Below, one piece after another: positions 12,455 to 24,300 of a DNA stretch of 34,041 nt (within the stretch, counting starts at the first letter, position 1; each line of letters begins with the position of its first letter). The DNA is from Catajapyx aquilonaris (taxonomy: Eukaryota): NCBI GenBank assembly GCA_000934665.2, contig JYFJ02004280.1, positions 1-34,041 of the forward strand, in the 5' to 3' direction. Below the pieces are notes generated by a model. It searched no databases and was not told the origin of the DNA. It saw only the letters and a program-made list of their open reading frames with translations. The position numbers were made by a program, and so were the translations under genes.

Positions 12455-14039
12455 CTTGTTATTTATTTCCAACGACGGGTTTAATTGGAGTCATTTGTTG
12501 CTATCATTAAAACAACTAGGTAATAACCTAATACTATCAGTTAATCATTTTATAATATCCATAACCGTTTTAAAGGAAAGTAAATCAACATCTTAAGAGT
12601 TAGTAATTCGCTAATTGAACGTGACACTTCAATTCGTATGTCTTCTCTGACTTATTAGTGTTGTAGATACGAAGCAGCACACAATCCATATAACCTGACG
12701 AAATTTAATTACACCATTTACACATAAAATATATCTCACGTGTTGTAAAAGTAACTGATATTTCTCCAACCAACAGCTACAAACGCTGCAATTTCCCAAC
12801 AAAAAAAAATCGCAGGCACTTCCTGATAGCTCCCTCCTCAAATCAGGCCATAACAATGCAATTTCCTCCCCAATTACTGTTGTCACAATCGCGTTTTTTT
12901 TTCCACCTCGTCGGTTGTTATGAGATAATTACAGATTCCGGCTCCCTAAGGTCGGAAAAAAGTGCCTTTTTGGCGGCAGCCGCTAATGAAACTGAAATAT
13001 TGAAAGGTTTTCGCGCAAGCATCCCATTAGTGCTTGCGGTGGGTAGGTGGAGGGGAATTCAACCACCCCCCCCAAAAAAGGTTCCATGTAATTGACTCCC
13101 TTGGAATGTAGTTGGTTCTATGAAGGTCTAGTATTCTGGGAAGGGGGTCCTCTGGGTGGGAGGGACCTGGCTCAATCAACGCAGCCCAATTTTCTCCATA
13201 TCTCCAGTTTTATGGAGCCCTAGGCTCTCTCTCTATGGCTGGATGGGAAAAAAAGAGAGGAGTAATATGGAGGCTTGAGATGAAAGCACTCCTTTTGGGT
13301 GGGCGCAAAGGTGCGATTTTTGCATTTGGATCTGGATCCAACCCATGGCTTCCGGGGACGACCAAGGGCTGTTGCCAAATTTATGGAGCTCAGACTGAAG
13401 CGCCAACAATTTTATAGCAAAGTTCAGTGGCTTTAGGGCCAGTTTATGGGGGCCGAGATCCGTCTCGATTAATATTAAAGAGGATATACCTAATATTAAT
13501 AGCTAATGTTATAAGAGTAGCCTTCCAAAAGTAACTGCTTAATCCAGTATATATTAATCCCCTAGACGAGGATGTAGGAGGAGGAGAATGGAAAATAGTT
13601 CGCACTTCCAGGGTCGTCGCAGAGAGCTCGTAGTAGGCTCATTGGAAAGCTGAACCAGACATTAGTGTAGCCAAAAATTCTCATAATTGCGAATTTCTAA
13701 GCCGTTTTCGAGATATTGCCAAAAAAAAACTGATTTTCCACCTTCCCCCTGAGCCAGATGGGCCCGTTTAAGCCGGAAGAACAATGGCCCATCCCCCACT
13801 CACATCTGTTTCCACGTGCCATCCCAACCTCTCTTTTCTACGATACGTCAGAGCGGGCACGTTCGGATACGCCTCATCGCTAGCGGTGACGTCACTGGTG
13901 GATGTTATGTAACCGGATGGATTACGTCAACTGCGCCTAAAGCGTGCAAGTGGGGCACATCCCCACGGGGGGGCGGGGGGCGGAAAGCTCGTAATAAGCA
14001 TAAGAATGCTAATAGTAGCAACTGTGAGTATTTCAGGTC

Positions 14040-15035
14040 AATCTCGATATATCTACATATCAAGACAATATCGACATCTAAATGCTTGTAAGATAATATC
14101 GATACATCTATATTCTTGTAAGATATTATCGATACATCATTCTATATTCTTGTAAGATATTATCGATACATCTATATTCTTGTAAGATATTATCGATACA
14201 TCTATATTCTTGTAAGATATTATCGATACATCTATATTCTTGTAAGATATTATCGATACATCTATATTTCTGCGATATAATATCGATTCAGCTGCTTTTC
14301 TGCGATATAATATCGATTCAGCTGCTTTTCTGCGATATAATATCGATTCAGCTGTATTTCTGCGATATAATATCTATATACTGTATAAAAATTATTGCAA
14401 GATAATATCGACATATCTGAATACTTTTTGATTTAATATCGATGTGGTATTTCAGTCAATAGCTATAATAATGAGTGTCTTTTAATTTAGTATCGATATA
14501 ATGAGTGTATTTTAATTTAGTATCGATATAACAACAACACCATCACGACATTTCCCTGTAAAGGGGTAGTCAGCGATGACGAGAANCCCCCCCCCCCCGG
14601 CCCTGACCATCTCAGAAAACAAACTCTCAATATTATATTTTACCGCCTTGCATAGTCGTGTAATATTTATATTTAAAATATAATATTGAGTATCGATATA
14701 ATGAGTGTATTTTAATTTAGTATCGATATAATGAGTGTATTTTAATTTAGTATCGATATAATGAGTGTATTTTAATTAAGTACGGTATCGAATATGGAGA
14801 TTTTGTCATATCGATATATCAGAGTAGCTTATGGTTTAATATCGATAAGTCTCAGTATTTTAATTATGGAGACAATATCGATATAACGAATACTGTTCGA
14901 GTTCTTATCGATATAACGAATACTGTTCGAGTTCTTATCGATATAACTAAAATACTGTTCGAGTTTTTATCAATATAACGAATGCTGTTCGAGTTTTTAT
15001 CGATATAACTAATACTGTTCGAGTTTTTATCGATA
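14040..15035. repeat. series of ~30-bp minisatellites sharing a TATCGAT core
   Basis: tatcgatacatctatattcttgtaagatat x5; tatcgattcagctgcttttctgcgatataa x3; tatcgatataatgagtgtattttaatttag about x5 (interrupted at 14531-14690); tatcgatataacgaatactgttcgagttct about x5. Confidence 0.93.
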
Positions 15036-15914
15036 CTTAAGGAGAGTCCCCGGTTGTAAATACGTGATAGTCGCCCACCCTCGGCTGTACTTCTGCTTCT
15101 AGTAGTCCTATGGGTAGAAAATTGATTCTCCGGTTCTCCGACTGGGTAGAAGAGTGTTTCCGTGTGCATGAGGAACTTCAGGTGGGAGAGGAACCGGTGT
15201 AGAGAGAACCTCTCGCCGTCTGTATGCGGCTTCATCCGTACGGTTCGTTAGCTGCCAAGCTTTTCCCGTAAATGAGCAAATAAAAGGCAGTGCGGCGTGG
15301 GAACGGTCTCAACCATGGGAGGTGCCGCTCTGGTTATACTCTCGTAGCGTACGGTATTTTTTCCCCCCATGGAACGATATGGGTTATTTCAAGTGTGTGT
15401 GCTCGCACCAGGGCCCATGTCTTGAATATAACACACTAGGAGAGTAATTAAGGTTTCGAGCACCAAGAGTGTTAATGAGTTGGGCTAATAGGAGATGGGT
15501 TGGTGTGAGAGAGAATCTAATTAAACGCGATGGGTCTTGTGACAGAGTGACAATCTGGGGGAGAAAAAATGAGATTGGTTTTTATCAAAAATGCAAATGT
15601 GGCGTGTTTTGATTGGATCCCCGGATGATTTAATTGCGGTGTAGGAGGATCCGGTTTAATTAGCGAGAGACATGAACGTTTAATGGCGGTTGACAGCGAC
15701 TTTTATTATAATAAGCGCGCCATGTAAAGCCCGATACATGATACAGGATGAGTTAAAAACCACTTACCAGCTAAATGTTCACTTCCAAGCTTGAATTATG
15801 AAGTTATAGGATAGGGTTATCATTATTTTCTTAATTAATTTTAAAGGTCCGTAATTACAAACCTACCTTGTCTAACCGAACCGAACCTAAACTGACCGAA
15901 CCGAACCAAGTGAA

Positions 15915-16380
15915 TATCATCATATCAAAACATGTATCGATACTATATCGATATTTATGTATGTATTGAGCATAATTATATCGATACTTTTATACAGATT
16001 GAGACGATATCAATATTTCTCTCTTAAGACGATATCGATATTTCTATAACTTATATAATATCAGATATAATATCGATATTTTTATAAATGTCGAGACGAT
16101 TTTGGCATTGCCATATATTGAATATACAGTATACTGTACAGATATATGTAGCCTATAAATTTCGAGACTATATAAATATTTCTAGACATTATCGAGTCGA
16201 TATAGATATTTATATACCTATTGAGTCGATATAGATATTTATATAACTTTATGTAATATCGAATAAATATCTATATTTTTATAATGCAGTATAATATCGA
16301 GATAAAATATCGACATTTTTATAAATATTTAGACCATATCGATATTTCTATATATCTGGAGACAATATTGATATTTCTAA
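15915..16380. repeat. degenerate ATCGAT-containing AT-rich repeat, bounded by ctaaccgaac motifs
   Basis: Many atcgatatt/atcgag variants; ctaaccgaac occurs at ~15873 and ~16377. Confidence 0.7.
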
Positions 16381-18769
16381 CCGAACACAACCGAACAACA
16401 TTTTCTCAGAACAATCCAGCTCTACTAGTCGTAATTACTCTTCGCAATCTAGGCACCTGTGTTCTCCACTACTTCTACAATACCTATAAAGTATAAACCT
16501 CCCTGGCCCTCATTTGTAAAGTAGAGGCGTGTCGTCCTGTCTGAGCACAGTCCTTGTCAAGCTTGTCCAGGCAGAGCCGCAACAAAGGAGCCCGGAGGAA
16601 CATGCAACAATTACGACGCTTCTCTCTCTCTAAAGCCGTTTCCTTGAGAAACACATCAGTCTTAACAGCTCTGCTATTTGGAGTATTAACCCGGACGGAA
16701 GCTGATTTTGCAAAATAGCTTGGTTATAAATCGCGGAGTAGTTTGCACTCTGGGGAGGCCTTGTGGGGAATCCCCGGAAACTCCGGGAGAGTGTAGGATC
16801 CGGAAGAGCAATGGAGCGGGAAGTTGCCTGATACACGGGCCCGTAGGATTTTGGCCAGCGATTTTGTGCGAGTTTACCAAAAAAAAAAAGCCGTTACTGT
16901 ATTTTGAAGGGGGTGGTTTTGAGCATCGCTTGCTTCCAGGTTTGTTTTCGAAAATGTAAACAAATGTCACAAACTGTTTGGTTATTTATGACATGAGGGT
17001 TCATTCACACTGGTGAGGCGTGAATGAGCTGGAGATGGACCTAAGCGAATTTAACTGCTCTTTAAAACTGATAATTCAATTTAACAGATACTTTTTTGAA
17101 TTAGCAGCTAAATCAGAAAATAACTGCTAGCTCCGTTTTTTCGAGCATATTATAAACATTATCAAGCTATATTATCAATTCAAATATTAATTAAAAATCG
17201 ATATTAATTTTTACAGACCCATACTTAGACGAGTTTTATACCATAGCTAGTTCTGTTTTGATATTAAAATGTTAATATGAAAAACCAATGGAAATGATCA
17301 AGACTGGAAAATTGGCTATGAAAATTTGATATTTGCGGAATTGTAAATCGGAAAAACTGTTGAATTTTTTATGCAATTTTCAGTGTGCTTCAGAAGTTAG
17401 CTCACGTCTCAGCAAATATTTTGCGTGCTTTAATTTATTTGTTCTATTTAAATTTCTCTCTTCGATGAATTTTTTACTTTTACAAAAACAAACTAATAAT
17501 ATTACAAGCAAATCACAATTTTGCATTGCTGATCCGACAACACTAGATAATATCAGTTATCACTGCTTTAGTTAAAACTGCGCATATTAACCATCGTTAA
17601 CTTCAGTAGAGTGGCATATGCAATTTGGCAGTATAATATATGTGCTTTTGCTGCTGCATGCTGGCGAAATGGGCTTTAATGGGGTCTTGTTATGGGAGCG
17701 GTATCCCATTTTTATGGCTTCCATATACTGAACGAGGATATGCTCTCTCTCTTTGATGAATATTGTTCATTAGGTCACATGAAAACAATGATGGCGGTAG
17801 TTTCGTTTAGAAATTAAAGCCTACATAGCTTTTTGCGCTTTCAAAATTACATGGATTTTTTAAGGGGCGAAAAAAGCATATTGTTTCTTTTGCCTAATTA
17901 GACTCGTTATCTTTTCCAAGCGCAGTTATCTCTGCTAAGAATTTGTAAAAAAAAGTGAGGGCCAGATAGAGATGTGATATGGTGCTCAAAGTTTTAAATG
18001 GAAGTTTTGGACTTGCTTTAATTGCGTTAGTTTCTCAACCAGGTTCGAGAGATAAAATTACTACATGCACGACTTCTGTTATCTCTAAGGTACGTCTCTC
18101 TCTTTTGCTTGCAAATTTTGGGCAAAATTGCGGGTTTTCTAAGCGGTCACGTAACCGTTTAGATGTTAACTGCTGATCAGAGCAAGAGAAATTTAGCTTT
18201 AACGTGGCCAGATTTTAATTTAAATTTTTTTATCATATTTTACTGTTCATTGTCCTTCCTCAAAGAGACTGAAATCATTTCCAGGCAATTCAAGCATTCA
18301 ATTTTTCCCCCCCTCTGGTGGTCATTTAATGGCAGCTTTTTATGGGTTAGAACTCAGTTAACTAGCAGGACCGTAATCATCTTAATTAAAATCGGTAAAT
18401 TTTGTGGGGCCAACCTACTGGGTGCTTCAAGCCTTTGAGTTTTACAGTCCCGGATTGTTCCTGAAGAGTGACCACTAATGAAATGATCTCTGTCCTGGGG
18501 AAAAGCAAGGGAACATGGACAGTGTCAGGGGCTCTAAAGTCAAGAGCTTTTATCAAACGGACTCTCCAACAAGGCTCGTAAATGGAGGACGCTTGCTTTT
18601 TCCTCCTCCCCCCTCCCCCCTCTAAAAGAGACTTTGTGTTATCAACCCTCCCAGGATTTTAATGCGAGTAGAGTGAAAAGAATTTATTAGTACATGTTGC
18701 GGTGCTTGGTTTGCAACGTGGTTTAACTCCCTTAGGACAATGTGTTTTACATGTACCGTATTCTTGCAC

Positions 18770-19047
18770 TGGTTCATTTTACGAGCAAATGTTCAAAGAG
18801 CTGTTTGTTAGCAGCAGCTCGTTAAAAGTACAAAATTGGGCGCTTTTTTTTTCAAAAAAAATCCATATACAAGTACCAGGTAGCAGATAGCAGGTAGCTA
18901 ATCCGTATTGGTTCATTTTAAGAGAAAATGTCCAAAGAGCTGTTTGTTAGTAACAGTTCATTAAAATTACAAAATTTAAAGCTGTTGTTCAAAAAAAATC
19001 ACATACAAATAGCATATAGCGGATAGCATATAGCGTATAGCAAACCC
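18770..19047. repeat. tandem duplication, two copies of ~140 bp
   Basis: tggttcatttta.gag.aaatgt.caaagagctgtttgttag...ttcaaaaaaaatc occurs twice. Confidence 0.85.
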
Positions 19048-19089
19048 GCCATATTGCCATCAGATGTATAATTATAGTGTCGCACTATA

Positions 19090-19960
19090 AATGTGGGAGC
19101 GGCTATTTTGACAGTTACAATATTATTTGAATAGTTTCTAATAGTTTGAATCACTGCGTTTTCAGCTCAACACGAGTAACAATTAGTTGCTATTTTAATA
19201 GTTACAAATAGCTAATATTACCTGCTGGTTTGAACATCTGCTTTTTCCGACCGCACAACTAGGCAAGTGAGCGGTTATATTTCACGCTACAAATAACAAT
19301 ATTTGTTATCATGTTGAATCACTGCTTTTTTGGTCCCGACAAGAGAAATCTTAAGCAGTTATTTCTAGCATAAAATATAGCTTCATATTTCGCTACTTTG
19401 AACAACTGCGTTTTTCGACTCAACAACAGGACAAGCAGTTATATTTCACGGCTACAAATTACAATATTTTTGTCACGCTGAATCACCGCTTTTTTGGGCC
19501 CGACAAGAGAAAGCTTAAGCAGTTATTTCTAGCATAAAATAGAGTTTCATATTTCACTACGTTGAACAACTGCGGTTTTCCACCCAACAACAGGACCAGT
19601 AAGCAGTTATATTTCACTGCTACAAATTGGAGTATTGTCAGGTTGAATCACCGCTTTTTTGGGCCCGACAAGAGAAAGCTTAAGCCAAGGCTTAAGCAGT
19701 TACTTCTAGCATAAAATATAGCTTAATATTTCACTACTTTGAACAACTGCGGTTTTCGACCCAACAACAGGACGAGTAAGAAGTTGTTGTCATTCACAGC
19801 TACAGACTACTACCTTTTTCCGCTAGTTGGCTGGGCTGACAAAAGGAGTGGCTTTTGACAGCCCAGGACGAGTGTGTGTAAGCAGTTATTTTAAACTGCT
19901 ACAAATAACCGGACATTTTCTGTTGGTTTCAACTGCTGCTTTTTTCTGCCCTTCCACATA
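19090..19960 (-). repeat. ~82-bp satellite array, inverted relative to the 23232-24300 array
   Basis: Units tgaa(t/c)cactgc.tttt...cgac.caaca...aagcagttat.tttca.gctacaaat are reverse complements of the units at 23.2-24.3 kb. Confidence 0.88.
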
Positions 19961-21183
19961 AGCTACCTGTATGTGTCGCAAAAAATTCTATGGGCACTGT
20001 CCTGATCATTATTAATAGACACATATGGGCTGATACATTTTTAATTAAACCAAAAATGTGCGCGATCTTATTACCCTCTTAAGAGGACCAAGTGCCTAGT
20101 AGCAGTGATTTGTGGGCCTGTTAAAATAACAGCAGCGTTCAGCCCAACATATGGCAGCGTAATTAACGCGGCATCAGGCATATAGAGATAAAAACTCTAT
20201 ATAGGGGTTCAAGCTTTATGAGGTCATTTCGGAAAAGGTGGACTAACTTAGGCTGGAAAGACATCAAAAGGCCTACCCTCCTCCCAACCCTTAAATTATT
20301 GCCTCTACTCTCTCTCTCTCTCTAGGACTTCCATAACCAAACGAGCCTTTCTCTCAAGACATCAAGGCATATTAGCATAATTTCACCTTTATTTTCTGAG
20401 CGAAAATAAGGAAGTTTATGGCCAAATGTGAAGCGTTTGCGCTTTCTGTCAAGTAACATTGAGGCGCCATTTTTGGTCCATTGTTTATCAACAAAAATGA
20501 CAGATCAGAACTGGATTAATTTTTTACAAATTTACCTATACTTGCACATTGTCTATTTCTACATTAACAATCACATTAAGTAGTGTCATAAGCTCAGAAC
20601 CTTCAAATGTTGGCGAATGAGGTTATCTTGAGGGATTTATTAAATTATGCAAATATTGCCCCACCTGTCCAGTCACGCATTAGATCGTTTGTGGAATATT
20701 TAAGTAGTCACACTCGTCGAATTAAGACTGAGCGGGCATACCCCACTGAAGTAGGGTATGCCCGCTCATTTGGTATTAAACGGTGTTTAAACTCCCTCCA
20801 ACTATGCCTAAAATTAATTTTAAGCAAAGTTGGTCATGATTGGCAACGCTAATAAGCCACTCTGTATGGAAATATAAGAAACGACATTTTGGGGGGGGGG
20901 TGGGTGGAGAGGGGTAGAGGACCCCNCCCCCCAGCGGCATTGAGGTTCATCAAAATGCAGATCGCTTGCTCTTCTCCTGATCTGTATGCACCCTGAAGTG
21001 CATTCCCATAATCTCATCCCGCAGGATTTTCCTCTCCCTCTAAAAAAAACCAGGCCCTGAAAAACACCAGAACCTGAACACAGAATTTTTAGCTGTAGAT
21101 TCCACCTTCTAATCTGAATATTTTACTATCCTTTTGAAGGTATGTCACTCACTAGTCATTTTTTTGTCTTTTTTTTTTTACAG

Positions 21184-21228
21184 AATCTCAAGGACCAGAT
21201 TCTGACTACCAACGTTTGGCTAGAACAT
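21184..21228 (+). CDS. nAChRalpha2: nicotinic acetylcholine receptor alpha2-like subunit, internal 45-nt exon (NLKDQILTTNVWLEH; loop D region)
   Basis: Long T tract then tacag acceptor ending 21183; donor gtaagt at 21229; phase 0/0. The peptide matches the remembered insect alpha2 segment NLKDQILTTNVWLEH, and 45 nt is the typical size of this nAChR exon. Confidence 0.95.
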
Positions 21229-21956
21229 GTAAGTAAACCAGGTTTTTTTTTTCTCTCGCAAAATTTTTTGGCTAGAACCCTAAAGGACATAAATATTCAA
21301 CAGCAGGGAAAAGTGGCAGCGATTTTTTTTTTCCGCGAATGCCAAGTGTGCTGGATGGGCACACACTTTGTGAAGCGAGATAACCGAATCGTGTAGTTGA
21401 CAATTTGGAAGCGAGGCTACATTGTGATTTGATCAACACACAATACCCTGTGGGCTAGTTTCGGGTTGGAGGTACTCTGAAATGTTAATGCCACGCAGTC
21501 CGCTGAAATTCGACACCAACTTGAATCCATCGTTTTCGAGTCCAGCGAATTTTTTTTTTCCTCGTAATTTGGCGACAATGACATGCCAATAAGTTTAACA
21601 CCTTTCAGTAGTGTATATGCCATGTTCAAACTGTGGCACATCACTTTGTCATATGCAGGAAAAAAATAAATTGCTATACTTTATTTGGTCGCTGGCTTTT
21701 GTATGGACGGAGATGGTTGTGATAGTTCGATATCGCATACAAAAGATATATGGCGACGGACGCCACAGGTGATCAGGAGAAAGTGCTGATCGAATGCCCC
21801 TGCTGTGAAGGAACTTCATTGCATCAGATGCTCAAGCGTTCCATTTTGGAAAATTGCAATCATGTTGTAGGTAGATAGAGAAATACACAGGAATACAGGG
21901 AAGGTTTCGCGTTTTCTAATGTAGGTGATAACCCAAGCCGGTACAATAACAGGTAT

Positions 21957-22518
21957 AACAGCTCTTAAAAGTAGTGACAATAACGAAAAAAGGAGTTCTT
22001 GACATATAAACCAGAATAGCAACTGTTAAAACTAGTGACAAATACAAAGAGCGGTTATACTGAAAAATAGCATAATATGCTATTTCTTCAGTAACTGCTT
22101 ATCGTATTTGTCACTGCTTTTAGACAGACAGACAGCCATTACGGCATTGCCCCATGATAGGGTAGCCAGCGAGCTGCTTTTAACAGCTGCTAGTCTGCTA
22201 TTTCCCTTACCAAAATCTTGGCTACCTAGTGGCTAGCTCGCAGGATGACCTCGTTGGCAAGGTAGAGGCGAGCTAGTTGCTTGCCTTCTGTCAAGAACTC
22301 CCTTTTCGTTACTGTCACCACTTTTAAGAGCTGCTGTTCTGTTATATTCTGTTATGTTAGCACTTAGCATATTAAAGCAGTGACAGGTGCGGAGAACCAG
22401 TTCTTGACAGAAATAGAATAACTGCTACTAAAAGTAGTGACAATTACGAAAAACTTGTTGACAGAAATAGCTATTTCTGTCAATGATTAATTGCACCTAC
22501 TACTGTAGTAGGCAATTA
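21957..22518. repeat. foldback region with nested inverted repeats
   Basis: 21960-22004 is the inverse of ~22289-22332; internal hairpin centred ~22073 (agtgacaaatac / gtatttgtcact); perfect 26-bp palindrome ttgacagaaatagctatttctgtcaa at 22458-22483; hairpin ~22489-22517. Confidence 0.85.
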
Positions 22519-23097
22519 GTCACAGCTCCTCAAAACAGTTACAGTTAGAAAGTAACGTATATGCGTAAATTCTTTCAAGCATCATCAAGGTGGCTACAAT
22601 TGAGGTGAGGTTTAACACAGCTCTACACCTACACAGTGCCCCCACTCACAATTGGAAAATGGCTGCCCAAAATATGTCGAAATCGCTCTCTACCACAAAC
22701 GAATCCAATCGAGAGCATGTATTACTTCTCGCAATTAGCTTATTACGTCCCCGAAGCCCTGAGCGATGAATTATTCCGCAACTTATTCAGCACTTTGCCA
22801 GGTTCGAATATTGTTACCCCCCTCCCCCCACTCAGTATTGAAACCCACCCCCACCCCCATCCTATCCCCACATGTGGGGGGTCCCCATCCAAACGCATGA
22901 TTGAACATTGAACCCCGCGTTGGTGTGAACCCACGCGCGATCAGTGCATTACCAGGCACATAATGGGTTTATATCTGCCCTCTCGCCAATTTCAGACCAT
23001 AAATGCATCGCCGCATGCCATCACCCCACCCCACTGCTACCCTACACCCACCCCCACTCCCTGTGCAACACTGTCCAAATTAACGATCTCGTTGCAG

Positions 23098-23207
23098 GAA
23101 TGGCAGGACCACAAGTTCCGTTGGGATCCGGCCGAGTACGGAGGCGTCACAGAGTTATACGTCCCTTCTGAACACATCTGGCTGCCCGACATCGTGCTGT
23201 ACAACAA
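23098..23207 (+). CDS. nAChRalpha2: nAChR alpha2-like subunit, internal 110-nt exon ([37 protein letters not shown]; loop A)
   Basis: ttgcag acceptor ending 23097; donor gtgagt at 23208. Contains the WLPDIVLYN loop A motif. Ends in phase 2 (AA), completed by the T of the next exon to give Asn. Confidence 0.96.
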
Positions 23208-23231
23208 GTGAGTGCCTGCCAGTCATGCCAG

Positions 23232-24300
23232 GGTCGAAAAATATGACGTTATTATTAGCTGTGAAAAATCACTGCTTATCCGTCTTGGAGAGTCGAAAAA
23301 AGCAGTGAAACGATGCAAAAATATGACGTTATTTGTAGCTGCGAAAAATCACTGCTTACCCACACTCGTGTTGGGCTGAAAAGCAGTGAAACTATGCGAA
23401 AATATTACGTTATTTGTAGCTGTGAAAAATCACTGCTTACCCACATTCGTGTTGGGCTGAAAAAGCAGTGAAACTGTGCTAAAATATTACGTTATTTGTA
23501 GCTGTGAAAAATCACTGCTTACCCACATTCGTGTTGGGCTGAAAAAGCAGTGAAACTGTGCTAAAATATTACGTTGTTTGTTGCTGTGAAAAATCACTGC
23601 TTACCCACACTCGTGTTGGGCTGAAAAAAGCAGTGGTTCAAACTAGCAGAAATGTTAGGTTATTTTAAGCTGTTAAAATTAACCGCGGACTCGTCCCGTA
23701 GGGCCGAAAAAAGCAGTGGTTCAAACTAACAGAAAATATTAGGTTATTTGTAGGTGTTAAAAATAACTAGTTACACGTCTTGTTGTATGGCCCGAAATAG
23801 CAGTTGTTCAAACTAGCAGCTAATATTGAGTAATTTGCAGCTGTGAAAAATAGCTGCATGCCATATTAGTGTTGAGCTGAAAAAAAAGCAGAAGTTCAAA
23901 CTAGCAGAAATGTTAGGCTATCTGTAGCAGTCAAAAACAACGGCTTGCTCATCTTGTTGTTGGGTCGAAAAGCACAGTTGTTCAAACTAGTGAAATATTA
24001 AGCTATTTGAACTATTAGAAATAACTTGCCGGGCAGGAAAAAAGCAATGGCTAATACTGGCAGTAAATATTACGTTATTTTCAGCCGTGAAAAATAACTC
24101 CTTACTTGGCTAGTTTTGGGGTCGAAAGAAGTTGTTCAAACTAGCAGGAAATATTCGCTGTTTGTAACTTTAACAGTTGCTAATTGTTACTCGCGTTGTT
24201 CTGAAAAACCAATGGTCAAACTGGCAGAAAATATTCAGTTATATGTAGCCGTGAATAATAGCTGCTTACTCGTCCTGGTGTTGGGTCGAAAAGAGCAGCG
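23232..24300 (+). repeat. ~82-bp satellite array, about 13 units
   Basis: Unit aatattacgttatttgtagctgtgaaaaatcactgcttacccacattcgtgttgggctgaaaaagcagtgaaactgtgctaa starts at 23401, 23483 and 23565; units diverge distally. Confidence 0.92.

Noticed and set aside
14040..15035. CRISPR-like appearance (constant palindromic core with varying spacers)
   Set aside because: Core is only 7-8 nt, spacers are themselves tandemly repeated, there are no cas genes, and the context is a spliceosomal eukaryotic intron.
21142..23211. ORFs 21142-21396 and 22963-23211 as standalone genes
   Set aside because: Only the exon-bounded parts resemble nAChR; the flanks are intronic read-through.
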